A stretch of DNA of 64,000 nucleotides from Camelus ferus. Taxonomy: Eukaryota. Below are positions 39,887 through 54,324 of the stretch, one piece after another. Where the stretch lies: contig NC_045697.1 of the NCBI RefSeq assembly GCF_009834535.1, positions 68,140,001-68,204,000 of the forward strand. The letters are read 5' to 3'. Position numbers and translations under genes: made by a program. Below the pieces are notes generated by a model. That model was not told the origin of the DNA, ran no database searches, and saw only the letters and a list, made by a program, of their open reading frames with translations. Within the stretch, counting starts at the first letter, position 1. Each line of letters opens with the position of its first letter.

Positions 39887-40664
39887 GCTATTTGTGTGCT
39901 GTGTTGCATTCTAGTATGAACTGATACCGACTCACAGATTTGTCTCTTTCATTTTGGGGGGGAAGGAGTAGGGTTTACCAAATTACAGTAATCATAATAA
40001 AGATGCGGCTGAGTCCCCAAGAACTCTCAATCTGAGACCAGACTTGTCCCTTTAAAGCCTTGTGACCTATTACAAAGTTCCAACATTTCTGGAAGGTTTG
40101 TCAAATGGAAGTTGATATGCATTGCTGCCAATATCCATCACCTCCTTGCAAGTCAACAAGGCCTCTCTTAGCTGAAAAATGACCAAAACTCATTTATTAG
40201 TCAATATATTGAATTATTATTTTCTCATCTTTGGAAATTGCCTTGGATCATTTAATTATTCTATAGATCAAAGTATAGCAACCTATGACCCATAGACTGA
40301 GTTTTAAGTTTTAAAAATATGTTTATAAAACCATTTGGACAGCAAACGCCTCAAAAGTGGAGACTCTAATATCTAATTTGTTTATACCTAACACTAATAT
40401 AGTACTATGACTATTGAGGGATTCTAAAATGATGTGTATGTGTGTGTATATTCCCAAATTTGAATTAAATTATTTTCCTAGCTGAGAAACTTAGCTTTCA
40501 GAGCACAGAAATAGCTCATGTTGTCATCTGTTAGATTCAGGCATGATCATCAGTGTGTAGTTACACTGAAAGCTCATGGACAGAGAGACTGTTGAAATCC
40601 AGAATCATTAGGACTAAAGTCTTTTTTTTTCTCTCATAGTTCCTTTTTTCAAATTCTGTGTATG

Positions 40665-40985
40665 CCATTCATTCTTTTACTTAACATACGTTCTTAAGGC
40701 CCTATTGGATATCAAACATTGCCAGCCCTTCCCATAGCAAGTGCAAGTATGATGGAGAAGAGAAATGTAAATGCATGATGCAAAGGAGATAGCTACAGGA
40801 TGGTATTTAAATCAAAGAGGATAGTAAAATGACGAGCACTGCTTCAAGGAACAGAGATAACACTTGAGTCATGTTTTGAGACTAGGTAGGAATTTTCCAA
40901 AGAGGCAGAGAAGGGCATTACCATGGAGAAAAAAGAATACATGATTGTTCCAAGACAACAAAGTAGCATGAAATTCTTCAGGACA
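40665..40985 (-). mobile_element. L2 fragment
   Basis: cattcattc...gcttcaaggaacagagataacacttgagtcatgttttgag..taggtaggaattttcca. Confidence 0.55.
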
Positions 40986-43611
40986 TGGGTTGCTTCTAAC
41001 TCACTAATAGAAAATAAAGTAGATGAGTGTTGCTTTCCCTACTTTAACCTTATTTCAAAAATCCTTAGAACTGGGGAACAAAGCCTGAATATTTGAAATT
41101 ACAAGGCAGTATTTCCTTACATAGAATAATCTAGTGGTACAGACAAAAAAATATGAAAAATTTAGTAATGTGAAATAGCATTTGAAATTTCATGTTATGA
41201 GATGTTTAAAAGAGAGAGAGAGAGATTACGGGTAGGGTAGGAATTTGATGATGGGTGGGGTTAAGGCACAGGATAAGAAGTCTGGAAGTATGATGTCAGT
41301 GGAATATGTCCAAGCTGGGCTACCAGGTTGCAGAGTTCTACAGCACAAATGTCTAATTGAAATTCTCCTGTAGGGAGAACTATTTGCATAGACTAAAATG
41401 TGAGTATGTCATTCCCACTTTACCTCCTGGATTTGTTCAACTCAGCAACACCAGATAGCCCACCCTGAATATCCTCTGAAAGCCCAACCAAAGAATTTGC
41501 AATTTAGAGCACCAAAGCTTATTGAAGGCCTAAAGAGTCAATTCTTTCTTTGGGTTTGAGATCAGGCCTCCTTAACACTGAATCTCAAGAGTCCTAAAGG
41601 TCACTAGCTTTCCATGCCTTGCTTTTGCTGATCCAGCACTTAGAATTTTCATTTCCATTTTGAAACCAATAAGTCAGCATATCTTGCCGGAGGAGTTTTA
41701 ACCTCTTAAGATGCAATCAAACTGCTCAGTAAGAATGACTCCTGAAAATTGATCTGCACATTGCTAAGAATGGAAGAGAACTTTCATGTTTCTGAGGAAT
41801 ATATACTCTGATTTATAAGACAATGCTAGCTGGATCCTGAAGGACTGAGTAATGTTGTTGTAATTAGAAAGATCTCAGATTATCTATACCAAATAGAAAA
41901 AAAAGTTGTCCATCAGTGATACTGGCTGATTGTACATACTTAGACAACCACTATAATCAGTGTGTTTGCTGATATGTTGTTTTGTAATTATCTTCATGTC
42001 AGCTTGAATGTTTACTGTCTTTGATCACTGTTAAGAACCATAACATAAAATATATCTTTCAATTCTGAAGTACCTCTCTTGGTGCTTTATATAACATACC
42101 TTAAAGTTGTTTTGAGTTGGGTTCTTTTTGGCCAAAAACTTTTAATTTTTTTTCCTGATTTTCCTGGTGTGACCCATTTATCAATAAGTGATTTTTACCA
42201 AAGTAGGTCTTTGACTGAAACAATCTGATTTTTAATATATTAATTTTCTCATTCAATACATATTTTAAGGCCGTAGCTTTACAATGTGTTGCTTCTTGGT
42301 TTTCTTCATACCAATCCTGTCTTATTTCCTTGGTCAGGGCTGGCTCAGCCTCACAAGAGAATCCTAAAATGATCATTTATCTCATTGCTTGAACATTGGG
42401 AGGGAGTTGAGAAATGACCACCTCTCTTGGGACTCTACCTCCTTCTCTAATGAAGCAATATCCATTTAATTAATTTAATCAGACTATCACAAAGATTAGC
42501 AAGGTAACATGTCCCAAGTGTCCTGTGTTATTTAGAAAAAGGTATTATGTATACAGAAGAAACAGCATGATGTTATCTGTGCATTATTCCCTAAGCCCTG
42601 AAACTGGCTGACTGGTTTTTAGCTTCGATGCTCAGAATCAAGTGATCATAATGTTCATGTGAATCAGCATCCACTAGATATCACGAAGTAATATCTGAAA
42701 CTTACGAATATGACGAATCAGTCTGCTACTGGGAATATCAGAATAGCGTCATTTTTTTATTGCAGAGTTTAGCACTAATTTCTTCCCTTTTCAACTGCTG
42801 AGTGTCATGTAAAATGTAATCTGTGCATGTTTTGCTAAACTATGGAGGCAGATAGCATAGTTTCTGTCTTCCTATGGAAAGGAATGCAAGCCTGTCCCTA
42901 GTAAGCAAGGTAATCAGGTAAGTATAATGGAGCAATCTTTGCCTGTAAAGTTTTGTATTGTTATGAATAGAAAATAGTAATAGAGTTTTGTTATTGTTGT
43001 CATCACCAACTCACTTTCTGTTTAAAAGGCAATGACTGCTAAAATATAAATGGGTAAAGGGAATAGAAAAACGAAAGGAGTCATTAAAAGAGGGTTGTGA
43101 GCAAGTCTAGTAAGACAGCTGCAATGCATTAAATTGTAGTTTAATTATTTCAGAGTTTTCCTCAGGATACTTAAGGGAGAATTGCTGGTATATTGGAGAG
43201 GAAAGGCCAAACTGCGCAATGCATTTTGAATGAAAGTGTTCTAAGCTTCTCTGCCTCCATTATTTTTCCATGTGCTTTCAGTAGCCCACAGGAAAAGGAA
43301 AGAAAAGAGTAGAAACCACCCCCATGCCCCAGATCTTGGTTGCAAAAGCCTCAAGACCATGCTGTCCCTTTGAGTCTGCTCTGTAATTACGACATGGGTT
43401 TTTTATGGAAGGATACACGAAAAAGTCTGAAGAATAATCTTCTAGTATCACTTTGCCCAGAAGTTGTTTTCATTTCATCAGAAACCACATAAATTCCTTC
43501 TTGGTCCCTCAAGAATTGCAAAAGTTAAAGCTGATATAAGGGGAAACTTCACTCTTTTTCACATTTATGAACTTCTGAAAGTGAAGAGCCTGTATGCAGA
43601 AAGAGAAATAT

Positions 43612-43791
43612 CAGCATTGGGAAGGGGGCCAGCTCTAACCAGTTCCCACAAGTCGGTTGTTAAATGTGCTGGTGTTTAATGAGCCAATTGTTAAACTACT
43701 GGTAGCTTCAAATTGGGCATGGCAGGAGTATTTACATCCTGGAAACTGGTAAGTACAACACATCAGCCCTGCTGTTTACCAGCATTCCAGA
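43612..43791 (+). mobile_element. MER63A/B-like hAT-Blackjack MITE
   Basis: gagccaattgttaaa..ggtagcttcaaattgggcatggcaggagtatttaca...tttaccagca. Confidence 0.8.
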
Positions 43792-44369
43792 GTGTTGGAA
43801 GAAGAGGCAGCTAGGATAATAGTGATGGCCACCTGGACCTTACGTACTTAATAAAGACATTCTCGGGTAAGAGGATTAGTGTGGAGGGCTCTGTTAGTCT
43901 TGAGACAATCATCATAGAAACTTTCAGAAAGACAATGAATAACAGGATGGTACTGCAGAAGATAATGCAACAAAAAAAGGTATAGAAGTTGTTCAAAAAT
44001 GGTCATTAACCACCCATAACAGATACCTATCCCTAGATAGGAAACTTTGCCTTTAAATACCACCATGCTTCATTGTCTGTTTTAATTAAATCCCACACAA
44101 AATTGCATATAATTTAACCAAATTTTCTCTCTCCCTACACTCATCCCCAAGTAATTCTCTTAGTGGTGTTCTAAAGCTCAAATTTCACACACACAAAAAA
44201 TCCTTTTAGGTTCTGTTAAATCAAAATCAACCTGAATTTTCTCGAGGTCATTGTTTCAGGCATTTGCAGACAGTAGTCTAGACGGGTAACTGAAGAAATT
44301 TACTTTTGTATTTATGCATGAATGGACAGCTGCAAGAGAAATAACCAATATAGATTTGAAACTACAGTT

Positions 44370-44631
44370 AATGCTTATACACTGCTTACTGTATACTACA
44401 TGTATTAAACACTTAATGCTCATATGAACCTGTGATGTAACTACTCCATTTTAAAAATGCAAAACAAAAACAAACGAGAAAAGAAAACCTGAGTCACAAA
44501 AGAATTGAATTACCTTGCCTACCTCATAGCAGTTAAGTCTGGAGCATGGTTTTAAATCTAGAAGGTCTGGCTCCCAAGCTAAGAGCTTAACCATTACACC
44601 AATGCCAAGAGCTTAACCATTGCACCAGTGC
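44370..44631 (-). mobile_element. MIR SINE with a 26-bp tandem duplication at its tRNA-derived end
   Basis: acctgagtcacaaaagaattgaattaccttgcc...ggtctggctcc; aagagcttaaccatt(a/g)cacca(a/g)tgc at 44581 and 44607. Confidence 0.7.
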
Positions 44632-45921
44632 TCTTCATGGAACCATGATGTTTGTAGCATTAAGAAGTGCTACTGGCTACGACTGTTCCAATTTGGTTGC
44701 TCCATTTACTAGAATACAATGTGCATTATATTTTCTCTTTCTTTTTTATAAAGAATGTTAGCTTATATGCAAAGATTTTGACATATTTATTAATTGCTAT
44801 GATTACTATAATCATTTGTATAAATGTTTATTTATCTACTTCAGTTTGATTTAATAAACAATGAAGACTTTACTGGAAACTACACATTCTACTGAGAACT
44901 ATGAAAAAATAAAAAAGCAAGATGAACAGTAACATTATATCTGCACCAGACATTATTACAATAGAAGCTGAGGAGTGATGCTTATACACTTGGGACATTG
45001 AAGACTGGACAAGGTAGTATACAATAAGGCACTTCCTCTAGGAAGGTTTATATAAGAGACAATATTAAATCTATATGCAATCCATAAAGATTTTTATAGA
45101 AAAAACATGACAAAATAATTAGACTTTAGCAAAATAAATGCAAAATAAACTGTCACTTTGATAAGTGAAGGTGAATAAAACAAAAGATTTTCTAAAAAAA
45201 AAAAAAGATGATACTATGGGGAAAAGAAAAAATTGAAACTAGATAAGAAATGAAGGAAAAATTACATAGACTCCTGAAAACTTGAAAAAGTAAACTGTAT
45301 AGCCCTAGGTAACCAGATTAACAGCACTGATAACTCTCAAAGCAGATGAACAAAGAAGTACAGTTCATATTCAGTGAAAGAATATTTTAAAATAATACTA
45401 ATGAAAACACATATTTGAACACTAGATTTCCTTTAATGATTGCTTTGGCTGAATTTAACTTTCATTTAAATTAAAACAAAATTGTTGAATTTAAAGGATT
45501 GTAAAATCAGTTATTCATTAATGTCCATGTTAATGGAATGACTGAGGAGCTACAAGGCATATGAAAGTAGAAGAGAGAAATAAAGACCCACGGTGTAATT
45601 TTGAAGAAGACATTAACTCAGAAAATAAATAATGGAATTGACATGCAGCAAAGTATTTCCCAATAAACAAAAAAACTGATCCATTATTCCTTCAGGGCCT
45701 AGAAGTATACACAGGAGAGCAAGGTCAGAAAAGCATGTGTGGGAACAGAAATTTTAGAGGAATCAAGCAACTTTCATGGTAAGATTGGATGCTTTTTGAT
45801 CTCATAAGGGCATTTACTGGCAAACTGGTAACAGAAAGTAATGATGAAATCTTGAGGCCTAGTATCAAATTGACTTTTATTTATTTTCAGTCATAAGTAT
45901 ATAGTGATTAGGCTAATGGCA

Positions 45922-46282
45922 TAAGTATTGGTTAGAGTAAGAAACTCTTACTGTAACAAATAAATTCTGGAATTTCAGAGGCTTAACAGGTAAAAATTAA
46001 TGTCTCACATGTGCAAAGTCTAACATAGGTCAATCAAGCCTCCTCCACCTTGTACTGTAGTCACATACCTGTAACATTCGGCCTCCAGGGTCACCACAGC
46101 AGGGAAGGTGTGACCTATGCAGAACTTTTTAAAAGTTCAGGCCAAGAAATAGCACACACTGTAACTGTCCATATCCCATTGGTTAAAACAATGACACAAC
46201 CTAACAGCAAGGAAATACAGTCTTTCCATGTGTCCAGGAAGAGAATATAGTAAAGTAGCAAATAGCACTGTTTCTGCCAATA
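45922..46282 (-). mobile_element. MaLR LTR (old MLT1, K/L-like)
   Basis: ctgtaacaaa...tttcagaggcttaaca...ggcctccagggtcaccacagcagggaag...catatcccattggttaaaac. Confidence 0.7.
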
Positions 46283-47244
46283 TAAATTATCAGGATATAA
46301 GAAACAATAAACATACATATGCTTGGAACATGTTCTGCTTTTTACTACTCATGACTGGGTGAGAAGGCCAAGCAATGGGATAAAGTAGAAAATTATTCAC
46401 AAGTGTCTTCACTGTGAAACTAAAAGACCTGTGAACAAAGCATTGTCTGAACAACGCACGATGAGCTAGACAGTCTTAGAGAGAGGAGAGTGCTAACTAG
46501 TCAAACAAAAAATATGGCTTATCAAACATCCATCATTAGTAAGAATTTATATATTTAGTCTCTCTATATATACATACTGTTCTGAAACACTTTTAGTCTC
46601 TGTGTCCCTGTACCATTCTAGATGCACAATTTGGCCTCTTGAGATTTACCAAGGAGTCATGCAAAGAAGGATTACCTGATAATTTCATGGAGAAATGTAC
46701 ACCACAAGGAATAATTCAATATCCTTGGGATGCTTCAAAATTTGTCTCCAATCTGCACTCAGTTTTGCTAACTACTGCTTACTTCTCGAACCTACTTCTC
46801 CCAATAATACATCTTTATTACACAAAGAAATTTATCTTTGGGACAATGTACTTATAAATTTGAATACTCATGGTCATCACTTCTCCTAGAAAAAAATAAA
46901 AGTCTGGTGGAATTACCAAGTCCCTCACCCCTCACTCTTTAGAAGGAAGAGGAATAGTAAGTCAATATGTAAATACATTTTTCTGTTTCACTGAAAGGGA
47001 GAGAAGGAAGGAGGAAGGAAAGGAGAGGCAGTGGGAAGAAATCTGGCTGACTCAGAAGATCAGATAACTCTATCCCCTACAATAACTGGATCAAGGATGG
47101 ACACATCCAAACAGGCTAACTAGAGTTATGCCTGGAATTTTTCTGAAACTGTCAAGAAACACAATCTCTCCTGGTTTTCCAAGTTGTGATAATATATTAG
47201 ACAGTAGATAGAGAGGGCCCTTGTTCTACGATATATAGAAAAAG

Positions 47245-47292
47245 AATACATCTAATAAAAGTAGATAAAATACATTTAATAAAAGTAGATAA
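47245..47292. repeat. 24-bp tandem duplication (1 mismatch)
   Basis: aatacat(c/t)taataaaagtagataa x2. Confidence 0.9.
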
Positions 47293-47950
47293 ATTAGCTG
47301 AGAGATGGAAAAATAAAGAGGGAAAGGAGGAGGAGGGGGGAGAAAGAGAGGGAGAGAGACAGAGGCACCTGAATCCTGTACTTTTCAAGACTGAAGCCAT
47401 TTCTAAACTTTTCAGTTCTGAGCTAAAAAGTTCCTACACTATGCTACTTCCACAATTCACATAAAGGATTGTTTATATATATATATAATATAATATATGC
47501 ATATCTGTTTAAGAATAAAACCATCTATGTTTAGTAGATGTATACATAAGTAGAAATACTGAATATCAGTAACTACAAAATTTTAAAGAGCAATATTTTG
47601 AAATTTTTATGTCAGTTAGTACCTAAAAGGTTTTATATTTATACAGTCATTTGTCCTTACAAGTTTTCCCACAGACTAATTTAATCTTAACATAACCGTA
47701 CAACAGTTATTATCATCCCACTCCACAAGCAAACTTGAGGCTCAGAAAAGGAAAATGATTTGCTCAAGTACATTCTGTAAGAACCCGACAAGAACTCAAA
47801 CTAATACCCCCATTTCTACTATGTGATTACAAAATGTTCATCTTAGAGCCGAAAACTGTAAAGTGTAAATTAAACGCACTCACATATGGTCAAAAAAGGT
47901 TATTTCCACCTCAAAAAAATAATTATAGGTAAGAATTCATCTTAGTCAGT

Positions 47951-48455
47951 CATCTTGGTTTGAGTTCACCTGAAAGCAGAGCCTGAGATAAGGACCTGGG
48001 TACAAATATTTTATTTGGGAGGTGATCTCAGGGAGCTGGAGCAAAGGAGTGCGGGAAGGAGACAAGAGAGAAGAGAAAGACAATAAAGGAGGAATTACTG
48101 AGCTTCTCATCAGTATGAGCAACTGGAATTCAATCCCACTTGGGAACATTTAATAAACCTTATTGCATGTTTGCAAAACTTTCACCAGCAGGAATGGAAT
48201 CCGGAGCTTGTATCCACCAATCCTGAATTTCTACTGTTTGAAGTCACCACACCTCTCCCCTGCATAAGCACTCCCACCAGCTCCTTGATGCCACACCTGC
48301 ATGTGGGCATGAGTGTTTGTCTCTGCTGCTTAGAGAAAGATCGGAGGCAGAGTGAGGAAGAGCTCAGCATGCCAGTGAAGAGTCCCTCACAGCTGGAACA
48401 GGAGTCAGAGGTGGGATAGCAGACCTGGCACAGGGCACCAATAGCATCTGCTACA
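47951..48455 (-). mobile_element. ERVL solo LTR (LTR33/LTR16 group)
   Basis: gaaagcagagcctgagataaggac..ttttatttgggaggtgatc...cagggcaccaatagcatctgctaca. Confidence 0.8.
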
Positions 48456-49254
48456 GTCGTACCCCAAATAGACTGGCATTACAGTCAATGTGTTACCATT
48501 AGTCTGAGATTTGATACAGACTTGGCTAACTTTAGAGAGAAAGCATAATAGAAAAGTCTATATCAACTCTCATAGAAAATAGGTTAACATATATTTTCCT
48601 CTCATCAATTAAAGTTCAGCACACGTCTCTCTAAAACAATTTGCAGTTCTGGAGAGATTCAATTTCCTACTCGAGTGATAAATAGAATTATTCATAAGCA
48701 AAGTATGAAAATGAATAAGAAGATCAAATTATTATATATGGATATAAATATGTTTCATTTTTGTCTTTAATTAGAAGCTCTAACAGCACCACTACAAATG
48801 GTCGTATGTCATAGACTACTTTTAACACATGTATCAGGAGAGCAACTTCTCTGGGGTAGTAGACAAAGATAAATATAAATATGTCTCAAGAGAAACACAA
48901 GGACTTCTTATATTTTTATGGTATTACATATTAAAGATAAAATTGTGCAATGCTAAATTTAAAGTCTGTACAGAAACCAAATTTGTGTAGTTTCAAAAGT
49001 AATTTGAATTATAGAAAATTGTCTATTTAAAATATCCTGTTTATTTACATCCTTAAAAGCCTTCAAATGTAGCTAGCATTTTAAAATCCTACAAGATCTT
49101 TAATGAAAATACTTGAAACAAGATTGATTTATGAATCTTTCCTACTAAAGTACAAAAGCCTCACATAGAGATTACAAAGCTAGAAATAAGAAGATTCAAG
49201 GAATTTCCAGTATATTCAGGTATAATAATATCTGTATAGGATTATTCATAAATA

Positions 49255-49552
49255 TTTTTAAAATTTAAATCAGTCTTATTGAGGTATAATTTACAGTTAA
49301 TAAAATAGACCCATTTTGAATGCACAGTTTGACAAGTTTTGACAAATGTATTCCAGTTAACCATAGTCAAGTTCTGTCACCTCCAAAAAGTTCCCTTATA
49401 TCCTTAAGCAGTCAGCCTCTACCACCACACCACTGCCGGCCCCAGGCAACCACTGTTTTTTATTTTACTTATTTTTTGTCAGTGTGCATTATTGTTGCCC
49501 AGTGAAAAATTGCATATAATGGAATCATATGTATTATAATATTTTTGGCTTG
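49255..49552 (-). mobile_element. Old LINE-1 3' UTR fragment (L1MB8/ME-like)
   Basis: ttattgaggtataatttaca...gttttgacaaatgtat...ccaaaaagttccctt...ccccaggcaaccactg. Confidence 0.8.
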
Positions 49553-52500
49553 CTGAAATAAGGTCCTAAACGTAGAATAAAAAATAGGATGGGAATTATT
49601 ATCCTCCTCATTGAAGAATGAGTTAGAGAATGGAATCTCCCCTTGGGAATGACCCATCAGCACCTCTTATGGTTTACAGATGTCAATAGTGATGGCTAGT
49701 TGCTTGCTCCAAGTTTTCACTTGGAAGGTCTCTCTCCCATTTGGGGCAGACTCTGGAAAAAAATTTTGTTTCTAAATTATAGTTTCTACTTCTTTTTAAA
49801 GTCTCCTGTTCTAAAATCTGCCAAAAATCTAGACACTGTTCTCACTAGGATAGACAGTACTTTGATTCATCTATTCAAAATGAACAAAACATTTCAGTAA
49901 AAACCAGCAAAACTGATCAAAGGGTATCATATAACTATTTATTCCCTGTCAAAACTAAGCAACATCCTGCACAGATTTCAGTTCTCTGCCTGAAAAGGGA
50001 AGTTTCAGTTTTGTCAGGGTATCCTGGGCTCTGAGCAACGGTTGCCTGATGATCAGAGGGGGTTTCAAAAAAGAGAGGAGGCAAAAAGGGACTGAATGAA
50101 GGGACTACAAGTGAGAAAGAAGTAACCTAAACCTTTCTTATTTTTCTGGGGAGGAGAGTTGGGCCTCTATCTACATCCCAATCCACTGTGTTATGTCCAT
50201 GCAAATTCTCATTTGGCATGATTTTGATTATATTCTCCTTAATCTAATGGGGAGGAATACATATTAAAAAGGGGCAAGCCATCTGGGTTTCTATATGGAT
50301 GAAATATAAATATGGAATCTCCATATGTTATTTATTCCCCCTCAGGGAAAACATGTAGATGTCTTAGGGGAAAGGCTGCAGTTAACTTTAAAATATCTTA
50401 CTTAAGAACAAAGTTTGTAATATTCATATGCTCTATTCCCTTAAAAAAAATCATTATGTGATTAGGATCATGGAATTTTAAGATACATTTGGAAAGAGCC
50501 CTGAGTTTTCCAATAATGATCTATACAGTCATCTAAAGTCAATACTTCACCTTCATATTTAAGGATACCTTCAAAAATTTCCTTTTCCCAGATTTTAGTT
50601 TTTAGTTGGCATGTGGTATTTCCCCAAATTGCTATCCGTGCCATAAATTAAATATCTCATTCTTAAGAGAATGTTATGAACTCTGTCATTGTGATTTAGT
50701 TTGATGATATCTGTCCTTGTCATTCTGGTCTTTGCCTTTCCTCCTTCTGAAAGCACCAGCTATTTTGCCTGCTTCACCTCCCAATTTTATCTCCTCTTTT
50801 CAATGCAACACATGGGTGGTTGTCAAAGTTCCATGAGCATATAGTTAGCCACAGGAAAATGTGTAGAAGAGGACAGAAAAAAAAAAATTGAAGTCATCGG
50901 CATGCATTAAAAATAAAGGAGCTTACTTAAGGAGATGGGGAAGAAATAATGATAAAGATGAGAAAGAGATGAAACTGGGAAGAGTCATGCAGGTAAATGA
51001 AAAAGATCGTTAAAGAAGTGGTGGCAGTTAATGTCTGTGAGATAAATGACACCAGATCTTGTATGTCTATAATTGCCAGGCTGAAGATTTGAATATAACT
51101 CTATAGATAATGGATTACAATGGAAACTTTCGAGCAAGAAGGGAGTATGAAAAATACAAAGCTTTGTTTTAGAGAGGTTAATCTGGAAGATATTTGCAGC
51201 ATGGATTTTTATACGTGTACACTTTGTTAAATGGCTATAAACGTACCCTAAAATGCTTGAGCTGAGTGATATGGATATGTATATGTATGTGTGTGTGTGT
51301 GTGTAAATTAATTTTAATCTATACTTTAAGGGCAGTTGGTTAATTTAAATGACCCTAATCAGGATTACCTACTCCAGAGACGGTTGGTTAGTTAGCTGGA
51401 GTTCAAATCCCACAACTGATTAAAATTTCTCCCATTGTCTTTAGCTCCATCCACTCTTATGAGTTTGTTAACTACTACAAAAGATGTTAGAAATAATTTT
51501 TTCATTGGAGATATGTGTTATTCAATATGGGTGATTTGCCCAGCAGATTATACCTTTCAAAGTAGTATTCTAAACCCAACACTCTTAATTCAGTCCTTGG
51601 TTCATTTAATGAAGGATTCTGTCACTGTATTCCAACCAGGAAAGATAAGTTCTGCTGCTAGAAGACTGTCTCACATGCCTTGAGCTAACCTTTCATGTAA
51701 GATTCTCATCAGAATACCTAAATGATAATGAGTTGGACTCCACTGAACTTACAAGAAAAGGTTATATATTTGTTTTTGTCATTGTTTCCTAATAAATGTT
51801 TCCATAAGTAGCAGTATTCTGAAACTTACATTTATCACATTTACTATCACTGTAAAAAAAGAAGCAAACTTGTGGCAATACCCAACTAATAATTTAATTG
51901 GAGACTACTGAGACTTGTAAAAAAAAAAATGAAACCAAAAACCTAATAATTGTGAATGGCTAAATTGACTTAGGCCATCATGTAACGGACATAAGATGTA
52001 AAACCTATTTTGAAAGCACATCAATTCTATCTATGTGAGGGGTCTGGACTAGGTTGTATGTGGGAACAGAAATACTTGGGAAAGACTGAACTCAAAAGTC
52101 TCTTCACAAGCTTTAAACAAAAGGAATTTAACCTCAGATTTAATTAAACTTTCCAACTTAAAAAATAAATTTAATTCAAGAATATCAAATTAAGAAGACT
52201 ATTCTAAAATGTAAAACATATGTGTCTCAAATTTTATTTAGTCATTTTGATTAAAAAATAATAAGAATTAGTAAGAAAGTAAAACTGGAATAATAAAGAA
52301 AGTAATAAGAAAAAATAATTAGATCATGGGGAAAAAGACAGAATTCCAAAGACTGCCTGTGGTTTATCTAGAGACATATTACAGGCCCTGTGGAAGAGTA
52401 TCTAGTGTTGTGTGGGATGATGGAACTGCACTGTGTTACAAAAACACAGCTGCACATCCTGTTCTATATTAAATGCTATGCTTGGGTGACAGATTGTACG

Positions 52501-53900
52501 TAGGTGCAATGTGTACTCAGTTTGTTCTTATAAAGGACAATTTTATGTTTTGCCATTTCTAGCATAGTTTAGTCCATTCTGAAAATTACTCTCTATCATC
52601 CCCAAGGAACAGCAAGAGAATTTTGGATTGAAATATTTTCTTAAAAAAAGGGCAATTGAATATTCAGGGAAAAATAAAGAAGGTAAATATCATGTGTCTC
52701 ATTTTATAACGCTCCTCACTTAATGAGGATTTTCCTCAAATTAAAACATGTAAAATTTTGCCTGGTGCAGAGTAGGTATTAATGAATCATGTTAAATTTA
52801 AATGTACATACTGGAGTGAGAAGTAGAATAAAAGATAATTAGCTCCTATTTACAAATCAACAAAGATTTGTTTATTGCATATAAACAAAGAATAACTAGG
52901 TCCTTGGTTTCAAGAAAGAAGAGCAAGTTGGAGTATGTCTGAACCTCAGATCTAGGGTTGCCACACCAGGCATGGGGAAGTCTGGAAACTGCCAAAAAGC
53001 AAATGGGCAAGACCAACAGATGAATAATTCAATAGTATTAAGTTCAAATTATTGCAATATTAGAACATATTGCAATAGAAAAAATGCTAATTCCGTAAGT
53101 CTAATTGTAGAAAGAAATTAAATAAAATACATTAATGACAATCCAACTACTTAAATTTTTATAATTATATTTAAAATAATCCAATTCTAGGTAGTTATTG
53201 AAAGTTAACATAAATTTTTAGTTTTTAATTCTTATTTTACCTTTAGCTTCCTATTGATAAGAATATAGTGATTCAAGTCAGAAATCATAATTATCTCTTG
53301 CAAGTAGGATCTGCAAGTCATTTCCTGGATTTTATTTCAGGATAAGGGAAACCTGAATAAAAATTTTGGCAAGATAAACATTCACTTGATAAGGACAAAT
53401 TTTATAGGGATGATATCTTTTTATCTTCTAAATATACAGCCAATAGAGGATATATTTCTAAACAAGGCATTGAAACATGTTAAGAGCACTATAAATATGA
53501 GCATATATATACAAAAATATACACATACATATACAATTTAATTTTAATAGCATATTTATGTAATTAAAAACATAAAAGACTTCTTTAAGGTCAGTGATCT
53601 GTGATAGATGAAAAATAAGTTTGAGTCCTACCACTGCCCAGCTTACTGACTGGGAAAGTTTCCAGGCTACAGCACAGACAGAAAGGACCCAGAAAAGAGC
53701 CCAGCAGCCTCCCACAATTGAGGAAAATAGAATGTGGCTAGAATTCATAGGGCAAAGGAACACAGTGGAGAGAGATACATAGAGAAAGCTCCAGCATCTT
53801 CAGAGGGCCCCCCTCAAATATTCAGCTGAATACTGATCAGCATAGGAATGTGAGGAAACTACCTGAAACCAAGGGAAAGGACTCCCCCCAAGCAATAGAG

Positions 53901-54117
53901 CAGTACTTCTCAAATGAGGCAGTTTTGCCCCTGAGGATACATTTGGCAACATGTTCAGATATATTTGTTGTCATATCTTGTGAGGAGGGTCCCATCAACA
54001 TCAAAAAGGTAGGAGGCCTGGGGTGCTGCTAAACATCCTACAGTGTACAGGAGAGCCCCCCACAACAATGACTTGACCGGTCTAAAATATTAGTTGTACC
54101 AAGGCTGAGAAATCCCA
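53901..54117. mobile_element. MER20 hAT-Charlie MITE nested in the old L1
   Basis: cagtacttctcaa..ttttgcccc..catttggcaa...gctgctaaacatcctacagtgtacaggagagccccccacaacaa...aggctgagaaatcc. Confidence 0.9.
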
Positions 54118-54239
54118 TATTAAAGAAAACAGTGCAGAGGACTCACAGAGGGCTGATATAAAGTCAATCCTAAGAATATTTTCAGGTATGTGAAACATCC
54201 AGAACACAATAAGATGAAATGTATAATATCTGAATTGAA

Positions 54240-54277
54240 AATATGTGTATGTATTGATATATATATATGTGTGTATT

Positions 54278-54319
<42 letters not shown>
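54240..54319. repeat. (TA)n / (TG)n compound microsatellite
   Basis: Read directly. Confidence 0.9.

Positions 54320-54324
<5 letters not shown>

Noticed and set aside
51385..51425. B-box-like GGAGTTCAAATCC as a tRNA gene
   Set aside because: No cloverleaf or convincing A-box; at most a decayed tRNA-derived SINE fragment.
53893..54125. 8-bp TSD around MER20
   Set aside because: The flanks caatagag and tattaaga do not match well enough to call.
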